In this document: piece by piece, positions 36,338 to 49,494 of the stretch
Layout: the number at the start of each line of letters is the position of its first letter
How positions within the stretch are numbered: position 1 is the stretch's first letter
Assembly (NCBI GenBank): GCA_951406725.2
Contig: OX597827.1
Location: 60,698,001 to 60,762,000 of the forward strand
DNA: 64,000 nucleotides
Direction: 5' to 3'
From: Octopus vulgaris
Taxonomy: Eukaryota
Translations under genes and position numbers: made by a program
Notes under the pieces: model-generated
Seen by the model: only the letters and a program-made list of their open reading frames with translations
Databases searched by the model: none
Told to the model about the DNA's origin: nothing

Positions 36338-37119
36338 TATATATGTAGTACGAGCAAAATGCCCCTCCCCCCGTCCAATGGACGGTGCTGAGTTGTCAAA
36401 CATTTGAACCAAATTTTCTCAAAACAATTTGTCCGACCGTCCCATTTTGTGGCATTATTTCAAGCTAACTGGCTTTTTTGCGCAAACTGCACATGCATTT
36501 TTCTCACCTACGTGTAGTATCGATTGCAACAGCTGATGTATTTGCATGTATAAATGCACGTTCCCACGGTTTTATCAATTGCATTCTCACCTGAAATTGA
36601 TTTTTGCAATTTTTTTAAGACTTATACACGTCCTGATACCATCGGTAACTACATATCAAATTTGAGCGCAATTGGATGAAGGATGCCCGAGATCCTAGAA
36701 GACACACATGCAGACAGACAGAACGGATTTTATGTAATAGATAGGTAGGGTAAAATTCAAGCTGTGTCCTCTTGATGCACATCTGCTTATTCTCCCATCA
36801 CAATCAGTATGTAGCTGTTGTATTTATGTGAGGTATTTATACTAGTGTTAAAAATTTATGAAATGTTGTTTGCAGAGTTATTATGTATCAAGACAGGAAG
36901 TTGGAGAGAAATTGTTGGTATTATTTATTCACCATTACACATGTTTCATATATTAAGATGAATTACAAAGTTGTACATTTGTACATGTTGGTAGAGTGTG
37001 TAAGAAATTTCAGCACTACATCAGAAATGCACCTCTCCAATTAAATCAAAGGCAATGAAGAAAAAAGTTATGAAAATGGAAAATATATACAAAATAAATG
37101 ATGTATGCAAAAACTGAGA

Positions 37120-37576
37120 AAGATTCATTCGTTTTTAAATATTTTATACTAAAAAAAAAAACAGAAACGAGAAATGAGCACTCGTGGAATATAAACAAAC
37201 ATGTTGGACGATACAAGGGGCAGTAATCTACTTTTACCAATCAGATATTATTAATGATACCCTAACCCTAACTAATCTTAACACTAACCCTAACCTTAAC
37301 CCTAACCCTAAACACTAGCACTAACCCTAACCCTAACACTACCCTTAAAACTAACACTAACCCTAACATTAACCCTAACACCAACCCTAACACTAACCCT
37401 AACCTTAACCCTAACCCTAACCCTAGCACTAACCCCAATCCTAAAATTAACCCTAACCCTAAAAAGTAGATTACTACCCCTTGTATCGTCTAATATGTTT
37501 GTTTATATTCCACGAGTGCCTGTTTCCTGTTTCTGTTTTATTTTTTAGTATAAATATTTAAAAATGGATGAATCTT
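37120..37576. mobile_element. TIR element enclosing about 200 bp of degenerate (TAACCC)n
   Basis: ~115-bp arms 37120-37235 / 37462-37576 are reverse complements; 37260-37461 is telomere-type repeat. Confidence 0.8.
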
Positions 37577-37602
37577 ACTAATTTTTTTGCCTACATACTC
37601 AC

Positions 37603-37793
37603 CAAGGTTTCAGGTAAAATTTGACTGTTATATTGATCGTTTTCTGCGAAATGCTTTTCAATATTCGACACGTCTGATGTTTCGACATTCATTACAGATT
37701 TCTGGAGTCTTTCAGTGATGTCAGCTACCTTTTTTTCAAGTGGTATTGTTGGACCTTTTTTCTTGTGTGCCATTGCGAGAACACTGTCGCGTC
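37603..37793 (-). CDS. EF-hand-like protein exon (G-RDSVLAMAHKKKGP...FAENDQYNSQILPETL)
   Basis: atttcag| ... TTG|GTGAGT; 191 nt, phase 1/0; F...D...S.IL EF-hand-like pattern. Confidence 0.85.
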
Positions 37794-38135
37794 CTGAAAT
37801 TGAAATTAAATTATCAATTAATTCACTACTTTCTGAAATAAATGATACCTTATCTCAAGGGATGCTGGAAATGCTTATATGAGTAGTAGGGACAAAAGGG
37901 TCATTAGAGGGGATAGTAACACGTGCACCTGTAAAGCTTTTTTGTCTTTGCTTCCTATTTAAATATCAACTTTAAAAATATTTAATGTAATTATAGGCGT
38001 AGGAGTGGCTGTGTAGTAAGTAGCTTGCTTACCAACCCACATTGGGCAAGTGTCTTCTACTATAGCCTCGGGACGACCATAGCCTTGTGAGTGGATTTGG
38101 TAGACGGAAAATGAAAGAAGCCCGTCGTATATATA

Positions 38136-38246
<111 letters not shown>

Positions 38247-38355
38247 ATATTTCGGAATGGTCATATTGCCAGTTTAGCCAATAAAAACACACGCACTATA
38301 TATTTGGTGTTATTTTGCTTCAGTGATATTTATTTTTTACATTAATCTTAATCTT

Positions 38356-38405
38356 ATTTCGGCCAAAGTTCTTTCGTCACACTCCTGTGACCGCATCAGT
38401 GGTCC
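38356..38405 (-). ncRNA. Variant hammerhead-like motif in the Penelope pseudo-LTR (second copy 41240-41289, + strand)
   Basis: GGACCA-CUGAUGCG-GUCAC(AGGAGU)GUGAC-GAAA-GAAC-UU-UGGCC; the core deviates from CUGANGA. Confidence 0.5.
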
Positions 38406-38871
38406 TTTGTTTTCTTCTCACTTACTTGTGTCTCTCCTTACTAACCGTCAGCCATTTTGTATTTCTATTGTATGTCTTCATTTGCGCATGCTTATATCTC
38501 TATGTGCGTCTATGTTTATTTAGTGTGTGTGTGGGGGGGATGCCTGTAATATTTGTTATATACATTCTTGTAATTTGTATTTTGTTTTTGTTGTTGTTGC
38601 TTTTGTTCTAATTTTGTTCATGTGTTTACATCCACCCATTATTATCATTACATATGCTTGTATGTATGTATAACAACAATATTAGTAATAATAATAATAA
38701 ATCTAATCGAAAAAAAAAAAAAAAAAAAGAATATACATATACATATATATATATACATACATATACATATACATATATATGCATATATACACACATATAT
38801 ACACATATAGATATTCATTTCTATTTCTTTAATTACCTGTGTATTTATTATGTTTGCAGGATCCACTATTG

Positions 38872-40920
38872 TCATATGTTGTGGTGTGCGCTATTGCTCC
38901 ATTCTAGTTTTCTATTCAGGCTAGGTTTATTTTCTATTATATGTGTAGCTTCTGTAATTTGTCTAATTGTTGCATCTGTTCTATGTGTGGACAATATCTT
39001 AATCTCTATGTTATTGATTGATCCCCCGTGTTCTTGTTCGGCGTGTTGGTACAGAATCGATGAGCTTTTACCTTCCTTGAGTTGTCTCCAATGTTCATTC
39101 ACCCGCTCACCAATGCTTCTTGCAGTTTCCCCCACGTATGTTACTGTCTTGTTACTGCATCGTCCCTCTATACATCTTATACTATAGACCACATTTCTGG
39201 CTTTACAGTTCGTTTGTGGGCTAAATCTACATACAGTGCAATAGTTATCAGTACAGAGAGTTCTACTAAAAGGATAGCTTCTACCAATTATAGATCTGAT
39301 AGGGTTGCCTGGCTTTTCAACAACCTTAATTCTTAGTTTAAGTTTATCTAGGGTCCTTCTAAAGTGGTACGCTAGTTCACCTCCAGGGGTGGTGTCAACG
39401 AACATGACACTCTGGTATTTATGGCTATCATACCAAGAGTTGGCCTTCCCTATTTTCTTTTTTGTCCTTTCTATAGTGTTCCATGACTTGTTCCTATAGA
39501 GTGGGCAAATCCCATTCCTATCATTACATAATATATTATCAAATTTCTTCATGGCTCCTTTGTATACTCTGATCCTTTCTTTATGGCTGTAACCTGAGAA
39601 CTGCATGCGGTGAATGAAATACTGTATGTGTCTCTTTAATTCTGTAGGCTCGCACATGCGTGACACATTTCTCATTATTCTGACGAGGTCTGCCATCAAA
39701 ATATTGAATTTGGCATTGCCCGCAATGGCTGAGTTCCGGTGGATCAGGTATTTTGAGGCCATAGGTTTTGCATAGTATGAATGAAGGATTTGGGTTTTAT
39801 TTTTCACAATTTCTAGCCAGAGTTCAGTGTCTAGTACTGGTAGTCTATGGTTGGGGTGTTTAGTGGGGTAGTCTATTGTGACCTTAATACTCTGGTGGAT
39901 GGAGTTAGCTATTTGCTGGATGCTCTCCATAGTATTAGTTTCTATTACTATATCAACAGTACTCTCTTGTGGGGGTGCCTTTACTACTATATTGATATCA
40001 TCAACATAGCGAGAGTACATGTTTACGAGTATGGATTTCTGCAGTAGGCATTCTTTAAGCCTTCTGTCCCACCATACCATGAAGAGGTTGGCCACATCAC
40101 CAGCGATACTAACACCGATGGCTGCCCCCACGTCCTGGGCATATATTTTATTATTAAATTTAAATGTGTGGCCTTTTAGGGTAACTCTTATACTAGCTCC
40201 TAGTGCATGTGCGATCATTTTCTTTACCTGATGGACATTTGCGGGGCTCCGTATGGCTCTGGTCCATCCGCGCCATCTTTCTATATGTGTCTTCCTAGCC
40301 ATAGAAGTAATTGTAGGCGGTCTACCTCTTAAACATCTACTGGGGCAGAAACTACTAAGATTATGTTTATCTAAGTATTCACTATTATATGTCAGTCTAA
40401 GTAGGAGGCCCAGTTCTTCTGTGTCGACATTACAGAACTCCACCTGGCTCTCGTTGATCATCTCCACGCACTTCTCCACTGCAAAATCTACGTCAATCGA
40501 TGGGTATAGGGATACCACATCCATGCTACCTACTATACATCCTGTCAAGTCACAAGTTTTGTTACAGTCACTGATCCTGCTTAGGAGATCTTCTGTGCTG
40601 TCACACACATCAGGTGACATCCTGATTATAGGGCGTATGATCATTGAGAGGAAGTAGGAGATTCTGTAATTGCTAGCGATATTCGCTCCACAGACTGGTC
40701 TTGTTGGTGGTCCTGCTATAGGGTCAGTAAAACCTTTATGGTCCTTGCGAAGTCCATACAGTGCCGGGATATCATTGTTCCAGGCTTGGAAATTCTTTGC
40801 AGTACGTTTCTGAGGTCCCAGAACAATTGTCCACATCATCATGTGGGCATTGAGGACCTTTTCTCTCTCCTCATGCGCCTGTACAGTTGTTACTTTTGTA
40901 TTGGCGATATGAGGTTGCAT
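38872..40920 (-). CDS. Penelope-like reverse transcriptase with C-terminal GIY-YIG endonuclease (682 aa, N-terminally truncated)
   Basis: RT motifs GSMDVVSLYPSI, YAQDVGAAIG, YSRYVDD, LPVLD; Cys-rich linker CTDNYCTVC...C; NVVYSIRC...YVGETARSIGERVNEH, EATHI...PSLN. The frame runs upstream of the ATG (SNYIQA) to the inversion junction. Confidence 0.96.
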   Translation of the reverse strand: MQPHIANTKVTTVQAHEEREKVLNAHMMMWTIVLGPQKRTAKNFQAWNNDIPALYGLRKDHKGFTDPIAGPPTRPVCGANIASNYRISYFLSMIIRPIIRMSPDVCDSTEDLLSRISDCNKTCDLTGCIVGSMDVVSLYPSIDVDFAVEKCVEMINESQVEFCNVDTEELGLLLRLTYNSEYLDKHNLSSFCPSRCLRGRPPTITSMARKTHIERWRGWTRAIRSPANVHQVKKMIAHALGASIRVTLKGHTFKFNNKIYAQDVGAAIGVSIAGDVANLFMVWWDRRLKECLLQKSILVNMYSRYVDDINIVVKAPPQESTVDIVIETNTMESIQQIANSIHQSIKVTIDYPTKHPNHRLPVLDTELWLEIVKNKTQILHSYYAKPMASKYLIHRNSAIAGNAKFNILMADLVRIMRNVSRMCEPTELKRHIQYFIHRMQFSGYSHKERIRVYKGAMKKFDNILCNDRNGICPLYRNKSWNTIERTKKKIGKANSWYDSHKYQSVMFVDTTPGGELAYHFRRTLDKLKLRIKVVEKPGNPIRSIIGRSYPFSRTLCTDNYCTVCRFSPQTNCKARNVVYSIRCIEGRCSNKTVTYVGETARSIGERVNEHWRQLKEGKSSSILYQHAEQEHGGSINNIEIKILSTHRTDATIRQITEATHIIENKPSLNRKLEWSNSAHHNI

Positions 40921-41460
40921 TGCCTGGATGTAGTTCGATTAGATTTATTATTATTATTACTAATATTGTTGTTATACATACATACAAGCATATGTAATGA
41001 TAATAATGGGTGGATGTAAACACATGAACAAAATTAGAACAAAAGCAACAACAACAAAAACAAAATACAAATTACAAGAATGTATATAACAAATATTACA
41101 GGCATCCCCCCCACACACACACTAAATAAACATAGACGCACATAGAGATATAAGCATGCGCAAATGAAGACATACAATAGAAATACAAAATGGCTGACGG
41201 TTAGTAAGGAGAGACACAAGTAAGTGAGAAGAAAACAAAGGACCACTGATGCGGTCACAGGAGTGTGACGAAAGAACTTTGGCCGAAATAAGATTAAGAT
41301 TAATGTAAAAAATAAATATCACTGAAGCAAAATAACACCAAATATATAGTGCGTGTGTTTTTATTGGCTAAACTGGCAATATGACCATTCCGAAATATAA
41401 CAATATCTGTTTCAACACACGACTTCACATAAAAAATCTTGCACAACAAATATTTAAACG

Positions 41461-41503
<43 letters not shown>

Positions 41504-42522
41504 GTATGTATGTGTGTGTGTATGTGTCTGTGTTTGTTCCCCCAACATCACTTAACAACTGATGCTGGTGTGTTTACGTCCCCGTAGCTTAGTGGTTCTG
41601 CAAAAAGAGACCATCAGAATAAGTACTAGGCTTACAAAGAATAAGTCCTGGGGTCGATTTGCTGAACTAAAGGCAGTGCTCCAGCATGGCCACAGTCAAA
41701 AGACTGAAATAAGTGAAAGAGTAATTTCATGAAAAGAATTTAGAAGCTTCAAGAGACATGGAATAAATTGTTTTTAACCATGTAACTTGAAATAGCTAGA
41801 GTTATAAATAATCCTTTCTTGTTTTGGCATAAGGCTAACTATTTTTAGGGTTGGGGTAATCAATTATATCAATTCCAGTGTTCAACTGGTACTTATTTTA
41901 TCAACCCTGAAAGGATGAAAGGCAAAGTCAACCTCAGTGGAACTTGAACTCTGAACATAACGACGCTAAGCATTTTGTCGAGTGTGCTAACAACTCTGCC
42001 AGCTGGCAACCTTGATAAAGCTGTAAATAATAGCATGTAAATATTGGGTAAAAACTCTTTGTATGGAAAAAAGTCAAAGGCTACTTGTGAGATGTGATTC
42101 CATGTCTGTAAACATGATAGCTGCTCTGTCAATGTACTGAAGAAATCCTTCAACTCTCTCCAGCTATTTCAGAATGATTGTTCTTACCAGTGACAATTGT
42201 ATGCTGTTTATGTCACAAGAATTAAGAAACTAAAAGGAGAATTTTGGAGGATTGCTTTGGTCCAGTGGTAGAATGTGTGTTATGTTTACAGAAGATGTGG
42301 GTTCAAATCCTGTGGGTAGCCTTCAACATATTCTATTCAAAGGGATTTTTTAAAGGCGCAGGAGTGGCTGTGTTGTAAGTAGTTTGCTTACCAACCACAT
42401 AGTTGCGGGTTCGTTCCCACTGCGTGGCACCCTGGGCAAGTGTCTTCTATAGCCTCGGGCCAACCAAAGCCTTGTGAGTGGATTTGGTAGATGGAAGCTG
42501 AAAGAAGCCCATCGTATATATG

Positions 42523-42577
<55 letters not shown>

Positions 42578-43816
42578 TTGTGTGTCTGTGTTTGTTCCCC
42601 AACATCGCTTGACAACTGATGGTGGTGTGTTTATGTCCGTGTGTTTATGTCCGGTTCGGCAAAAGAGACCAATAGAATAAGTACTAGGCTTACAAAAAAT
42701 AAGTCCTGGGGTCGATTTGATCGACTAAAGGCAGTGCTCCAGCATGGCCACAGTCAAATGACTGAAACAAGTAAAAGAGTAAAAAAGTAACCCAATATTT
42801 ACATGATATTTATAGCTTTATCTATAATGAGTTCCATCATTAAAATAATTTATTGAAGGTAATGTTATGATAAACTGCTTCTTAACCACAATTAGAACAA
42901 CAACAGCAACAATATCCACATCAACAATAACAGACATCAAAATATGAATAAGTAAATAAACAAAACTGAATATATATAGGTACAGGCGTGGCTGTGTAGT
43001 AAGAAGCTTGCTTACCAACCACATGGTTCCGGGTTCAGTCCCACTGTGTGGCACCTTGGGCAAGTGTCTTCTACTATAGCCTCAGGCTGACCAAAGCCTT
43101 GTGAGTGGATTTGGTAGACAGAAACTGAAAGAAGCTTGTCATATATACATGTCAAGCCATTGCTTGACAACCAATGTTTGTGTGTTTATGTCCCCAGAAA
43201 CTTAGTGGCTCAGCAAAAGAGACTGATAGTATAAGTACTAGGCTTACAAAAAATAAGTTCTGGGGTTGATTGCTTCAACTAAAGGAGGTGCTCCAGTATG
43301 GCTGCAGTCAAATGACTGAAACAAGTAAAAGAAAAAGAATATATAGGTGCAGATGTAGCTATGTAGTAAGATGTTTGCTTCCTAACTGCATGGTTCTGGG
43401 TTCAGTCCCACTGTATGCACCTTGGGCAAGTGTCTTCTATTATAGCCTCAGGTCAACCAAACCCTTGATGGAAACTGAAAGAAGCCCATTATATATATTT
43501 GTGTGTGTGTGTGAGTGTTTGACAACCAATGCTGGTTTGTTTATGTCCCTGTAACTTAGCACTACAGCAAAAGAGACCAGGCTTTAAGATAAAAAAAAGA
43601 ATCCTGAGATCAATATATTCATCAAAAAATCCTTCAAGGCGATGCCCCAGTATGGCCACAGTCCACTGACTGAAACAACCAAAAGGTAAATGATAAAAGA
43701 TAAACCAAGAAATCCTGCAGAAAATAAAGTAAAGATCAAGGAAGGAAAAAATAGAATTATTCCCAAATAATATAAATTCAAATTTATCAGATTGCACAAA
43801 TGTTGTATTCACCAAC

Positions 43817-43937
43817 CAGAGGTAGCGTGTGTCTCCATCAAACAGTCATAAACACCTTGGTAATTTATTCCCAAAGAATCCTGGTAGAACATACATATTT
43901 CAGTCATGGCTCTGTCTGTTAGGTATATATCATTTTC
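43817..43937 (-). CDS. EF-hand-like protein exon (ENDIYLTDRAMTEICMFYQDSLGINYQGVYDCLMETHATS)
   Basis: ttttcacag| ... G|GTTGGT; 121 nt, phase 0/1; D..GINY resembles a degenerate EF-hand loop exit. Confidence 0.8.
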
Positions 43938-44639
43938 CTGTGAAAATAGATGGAAAATAAAATACATTTTTTTTATGGACTTCATAAATATTTCTGTAAA
44001 TTATATATATATATCATCATCATCATCATCGTTTAACGTCCGTTTTCCATTCTACCATGGGTTGGACAGTTCGACCGGGGTCTGGGAAGCCAGGAGGCTG
44101 TGCCAGGCTCCAGTCTGATCTGGCAGTTTTTCTACAGCTGGATGCCCTTCCTAATGCCAACCACTCCATGAGTGTAGTGGGTGCTTTTTACATGTCACTG
44201 GCCCAGGTGCCAGGGGAGGCTGGCAATGGCCACAATTGGTTAGTGCTTTTTACGTGCCACCGGCAAGGAAGCCACATTTGGATGGTGCTTTTTACGTGCC
44301 ACCGGCATGGGTATCACAGCTACAATTTCCATTTGATTTTATATATATATATATATATATAAGGCTTATATATATAAGCAAGCTACTTACCACACAGCCA
44401 CTCCTGTGCCTATGTTTACTATTATTATTGTCGTTGTCGCTGTTGCGTTGTTATCTTTTTAGTCAATATTTGGTAGTTACAGGCAAATTTCTCCTGCATC
44501 ACCTGCTACACTATGTTGCTGGGGGTGGGGTGCAGCATTGTGTGTTCATTTTTTCTTGTTGGGGGAGTGCAAACTCTTCCAGATATTGTATTGTGTCAGT
44601 CTGTTTTGTTATGGTGTTTGGTTGCTGTCTTTTGTTGTA

Positions 44640-44990
44640 TTAGTGTTTGTATTATGTGTTGTGTGTGTAATGCAAATTGTGTTCTTCTTGAATACTTCAA
44701 TTCCAAAGTCTTTATACTTTGACAATTTCTCCACTTCTCTTTGGGTAATATTTTAGTCAGAAGAGACTGCAATGTCTATCAGTAAGCAGGTGTTTTTCTT
44801 TCCAATCATTGATTATTATGTTTGAGTAATTAACTTTTATTTCTTTGTCTGTTTGAACAGGCATATCCCAGATAATTGTGGCCTGGTCATTGTCATGTAC
44901 CTTGCTTGGTACATGTTTATACTATTTCTTGCCAGTTCTTATGTTGTAATGCTGGCATATTGTCCAGTGTATAGAACTATTTACTTGGTC
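44640..44990 (-). pseudogene. R4/Dong-type LINE restriction-like endonuclease fragment (related decay at 54500-54950 and 55350-55510)
   Basis: Minus strand IHWTICQHYNI...KHVPSKVHDNDQATIIWDMPVQTDKEIK. Confidence 0.7.
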
Positions 44991-44997
44991 ATCAATA

Positions 44998-45802
44998 TCT
45001 ATAAAGCTGAAATGTGAAAAATTTGTTTGTCTCATTTTGGGATGGGAATGGTTTAAGGGCCGGTAGATGGGGTCGGATTGGCGCCAAAATTTACAGGGAC
45101 ATGTAAAAAGAGGCGAGGAAGCGACTGGACTAGGTTAGAAATCCCTATCTCAAAAGCTGTGGTTACTAGGGCAACAAAACCCACACTTTGACAAGTGTTT
45201 GTCGTTTCTCACTTTCAGATATCACCCTGTCTTCCATGATCTCTCTCTTTCCTTCCTTTCCTCCACTTTCTCTCTAAAATGATGTTTGACAGCTTCATCT
45301 TTCTGTCACTGTTTCTCCCACCATCTCTCTCACTGTACGCCTCTCTGTATCTATAGAGAGAAAGTGCTGACAGCCGCAAAAGTTTAAATATTCCCGCCAC
45401 AGGTCTTTTAGAATGGTGAATTATTATCGCCCACCACCACCACACAATCATAACAGATATTATTAATCAGATATATTGTGTTAATCGCTCAAATAGTGGC
45501 ACATACAAAAGGTAAGTGTGCTTTCCGTTGTCACTGCCTGATATTTATGATTGATCTTTCAAAATATTTTCTTCCTCAACTTCCTCAAGATCTTTTGTTT
45601 TTTATAAATGGGAGAGAGAGAGATAGAGAAAGATAGAGAGTCTGAGAAAGTGAGGAAAAGTCCGAGAGAAAGGAAGAGTAAAAGAGTGGAAAAGTGAGAG
45701 AGAAACAAAGAGGGAGAATGTGGTGATAAGAAACAGAAAGGAAGCAACAGAAAGTAACAACCACACCCTCACCTGCACGTAGAGCGGGTCACCTTAAGCT
45801 AG
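44998..45802 (+). mobile_element. Helitron-like element
   Basis: A|TCTATAAAG start; ACCTGCACGTAGAGCGGGT hairpin then CTAG|T. Confidence 0.55.
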
Positions 45803-46383
45803 TCTCTATTTATATATTCAGATTAGGCAAGAACTGGACTGCTAGAGATGATGTGATCAACTATCTCAGTGTGTTGGTTGCACATTCTACATTTGGTGTT
45901 AAGGCCTGTTTTCATTATTTTGCTTTTATAGTTATTTGTGGTCAGGTATCAGTTTTGTGCAATGAGAATAGGTCCTTCCATTTCAGCTTTTAGTCTATTA
46001 TGAAATAAATTAACTATTAACTAAATGCTGGCCTTAAGTTCTGAGTTCATATTCCACTGAGGTTAATTATGCCTCCATCCTCTTGCGGGGTTAATAAATT
46101 AAGTAACTGCTAGGCACTGGGGTCAATGTAATCAACTAGCCCTCTAGCCCTACCCCCAGAATTTCAAGCCTTGAGCCTATAGTAGAAAGGATTATTATTA
46201 TCATTACTACAACTACCACCACCACCACTACTATTATTATTATCATCATCATCATCATTATTATTGTTATCATTATCATCATTATCATTATTGTAATCGT
46301 CATCATCGTCGTCATCATCATCGTCATCATCATCATCATTATAATTACCATTGTCATTATCATTATTACTATTATTATTATTA

Positions 46384-46825
46384 AGGTGGTGAGCTGGCAG
46401 AACTATTAGCACACTAGGACAAAAGCTTAACGGTATTTCATCCATCTTTATGTTCCAAGTTCAAATTCTGCCAAGGTCGACTCTGCCTTTCATCCTTTCA
46501 GGATTGATAAATTAAGTACCAGTTACGCATTAGGGTTGATGTAATTGACTAGTCGCCTTCCCACAAATTTCAAGACTTGTGCCTATAGTAGAAAGGATTA
46601 TAATTATCATTATTATTCAGGTGGTGAGCTGGCAGAATCGTTAGCACACCGGGCAAAATGCTTAGCAGTATTTCACTCGTCACTCTGTTCTGAGTTCAAA
46701 TTTCACTGAGCTCAACTTTGCTACTTTTGGGGTTGAGAAATTTAGTACTAGTTGAGTACTGAGGTCAATGTGATTAACTGTCCCCCTCCCTACAAAATCC
46801 AGGCCTTGTGCCTATAGTAGAAAGG
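46384..46825 (+). mobile_element. Second abundant SINE family in tandem (also near 11555, 21010, 35395, 41880, 48100, 53090-53700)
   Basis: GGTGGTGAGCTGGCAGAA...GTTCAAATTC...TTTCATCCTTTC...AAGTACCAGT repeated head-to-tail with (ATT/ATC)n linkers. Confidence 0.85.
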
Positions 46826-47318
46826 TTTACTCTCTTTTACTTGTTTCAGTCATGTGACCGTGGCCATGCTGGAGCACTGCATGTAGTCAAGCAAATCGAC
46901 CCCAGGACTTATTCTTTGTAAGCCTAGTACTTCTTCTATCGTCTTCTTTTGCCGAACCACTAAGTTACAGGGACATAAACACACCAGCATCAGTTGTCAA
47001 GCGATGTTGGTGGGGACAAACACAGATACACAAACATATACACACACATACATATATACGACGGGCTTCTTTCAGTTTCCGTCTACCAAATCCACTCACA
47101 AGGCTTTGGTCGGCCCGAGGCTATAGTAGAAGACACTTACCCAAGGTGCCATGCAGTGGGACTGAACCCGGAACCATGTGGTTGGTAAGCAAGCTACTTA
47201 CCACACAGCCACACCTACGCCTATATATATTATTATTTCAAGTAGTCAAAACATGCAATTAATTTTAATGATTAAACACTTTTATAACTCAACAGAAACA
47301 TATCCATAGTTAACGTAC

Positions 47319-47474
47319 CTGCATTGCCAAATGTAAGTCTTTTGCTGATATTCGCAATTCATCGTTTCCATAGCGACGTAAGCTAACTTGCAGTGCCCGT
47401 AGCCTCTGTTGGCTGCAACCACTTAATTGTTCTCTCAGTAACAACTGAATGTTGCTTCCAGGTTTCTCGTTCAT
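47319..47474 (-). CDS. EF-hand-like uncharacterised protein, first recognisable coding exon (MNEKPGSNIQLLLREQLSG...KDLHLAMQ)
   Basis: Exon 47501-47319 (ttgtttcag| ... CAG|GTACGT), open throughout; first ATG at 47474; phase 0 out. The CDS may extend further upstream. Confidence 0.8.
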
Positions 47475-49494
47475 GTTGTTGTAAAGTTGGAGCAAAACAA
47501 CCTGAAACAAGTTTTATAAGTTTAAGGATTACCAGGAGAAAGGACACAGCAGTTGGCAATATGTAGATAAATAGATAGACAGATAGATAGATTCATACAT
47601 ACATACATACAGACAGACAGACAGACAGGCAGACACACACACATACATATTATATTTGTATATATATATATATATATATCATCATCATCATCATCATCGT
47701 TTAGCGTCCGCTTTCCATGCTAGCATGGGTTGGACGGTTCAACTGGGGTCTGGGAAGTCAGAAGGCTGCACCAGGCCCAGTCTGATCTGGCAGTGATTCT
47801 ACAGCTGGATGCCCTTCCTAACGCCAACCACTCCGTGAGTGTAGTGGGTGCTTTTTATGTGCCAGGCGAGGCTGGCAAACGGCAATGATCGGATAGTGCT
47901 TTTTACGTGATATTTGTATATATATATGTGTATATATATATATATGTGTGTGTGAATATATGTATGTATGTGCTTATATATATATATAATATGTATATTA
48001 TATATCATAACTATATATATTTCTTTACTACCCACAATGGGCTAAACATAGAAGCGACAAACAAGGACAGACAAACGGATCAAGTCGATTATATCGACCC
48101 CAGTGCGAAACTGGTACTTTATTTACCGACCCCGAAAGGATGACAGGCAAAGTCGACCTCGGCGGAATTTGAACTCAGAACGTAATGACAGACGTTGATG
48201 CAGTTTATGTTAGGAAGAGCATCCAACTGTCGAAAACTTGCCAGATCAGATTGGAGGCTGGTGCAGCCTTCTGGCTTGCCAGTTCTCAGTCAAACTGTCC
48301 GATCCATGCCAGCATGGAAAGCAGACATGAAATGATGATGATGATGATGATGATAGTGATGGTGATGGTGATGTATATAAATGTAAGATCTAAAGATCAA
48401 GGTGTAAGAAGAGAGTGAGCTACAAGCAATCTGTAGAGAATATAAAAAGACAACGTTCAGGAACAATAGTCATTTATTGGGATGGGAGGTTGTGGATTTA
48501 TTCCATATCGAAGTATGATAAGCTGAAAAAAATTATTTTATATTTCACGGTAGACAGCTAGGCTTGCCAGATATACAAATAAAAATCCAAGAGTTAACAT
48601 GGGCTTCATAATAACAATGTAAACTTCATTTAATCAAGATACCCTTGGCCTGAAGAGAAGCCTGCAGTATACACCTCGCTGGGATATTTACCATTTCTAA
48701 GGTTCTGCTCACTATGAAACATATGTAACCTGGGTTTTATCAGCTCCATTCCTTAAGTCTTACATCATGTATCATTGGTCCATGGGGGCTAGTTGCTTAC
48801 ATCGACCCCAATGCCTAACTGGTACTTAATTTATTAACCCCGCAAAAGGATGGAGGCATAATTGACTTCAGTGGAACATGAATTCAGAACACGTTGCATA
48901 TTGGTTTCACTAATTGTCTTTGGTGTCTGTGTCATCGCTAGTGACATATCTAGAATGAGACCGCTGAAGGGAGGAGGGAGAGAGAAAGAGAGTGAGAGGG
49001 GGGAAAAGAAGAAAGAGAGAGAGGAAGAAAGAAAGAGAGAGAGAGAGAAACAGAGAGATCTGCATCTGCATTTGATTGGTACTAATTTTTAACTGAGTGA
49101 GCAGTCAACTGGAGCAATGTGAAATGAAGTGTCCTTTCTCGAGGACACAACATGCCACCCAGTCAGGAAGTTGAACCCACGTCATTATACTTATGAGCCA
49201 AACACCCTAACCAGTAGGCCATGTGTCTTCACCAGCTAATTAAGTAATCCTTTCTACTACATGCATAAAACTTAAAATTTTGGGGGAACCAGGCTAGTCT
49301 GTTACATCGACCCCAGTGCGAAACCGATGCTTATTTTCTCAACTCTGAGAGGAATTTGAACTCAGAACCTCAAGGCAGACGAAATGCTGCTAAGCATTTT
49401 GCCTGGCACATTAATGATTCTGCCAGATTGCCACCTTTCAGCCAATTAAGTAAGGCATTGATATAAAGATATAATCAATCATTCGATCTATACC

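Noticed and set aside
37260-37461. True telomere or chromosome-fusion scar
   Set aside because: Short, degenerate, in a single orientation, inside an intron and enclosed by inverted arms.
42252-42322. tRNA-like sequence with A and B boxes (also all SINE heads)
   Set aside because: No intact cloverleaf; consistent with a decayed SINE head or tRNA pseudogene.
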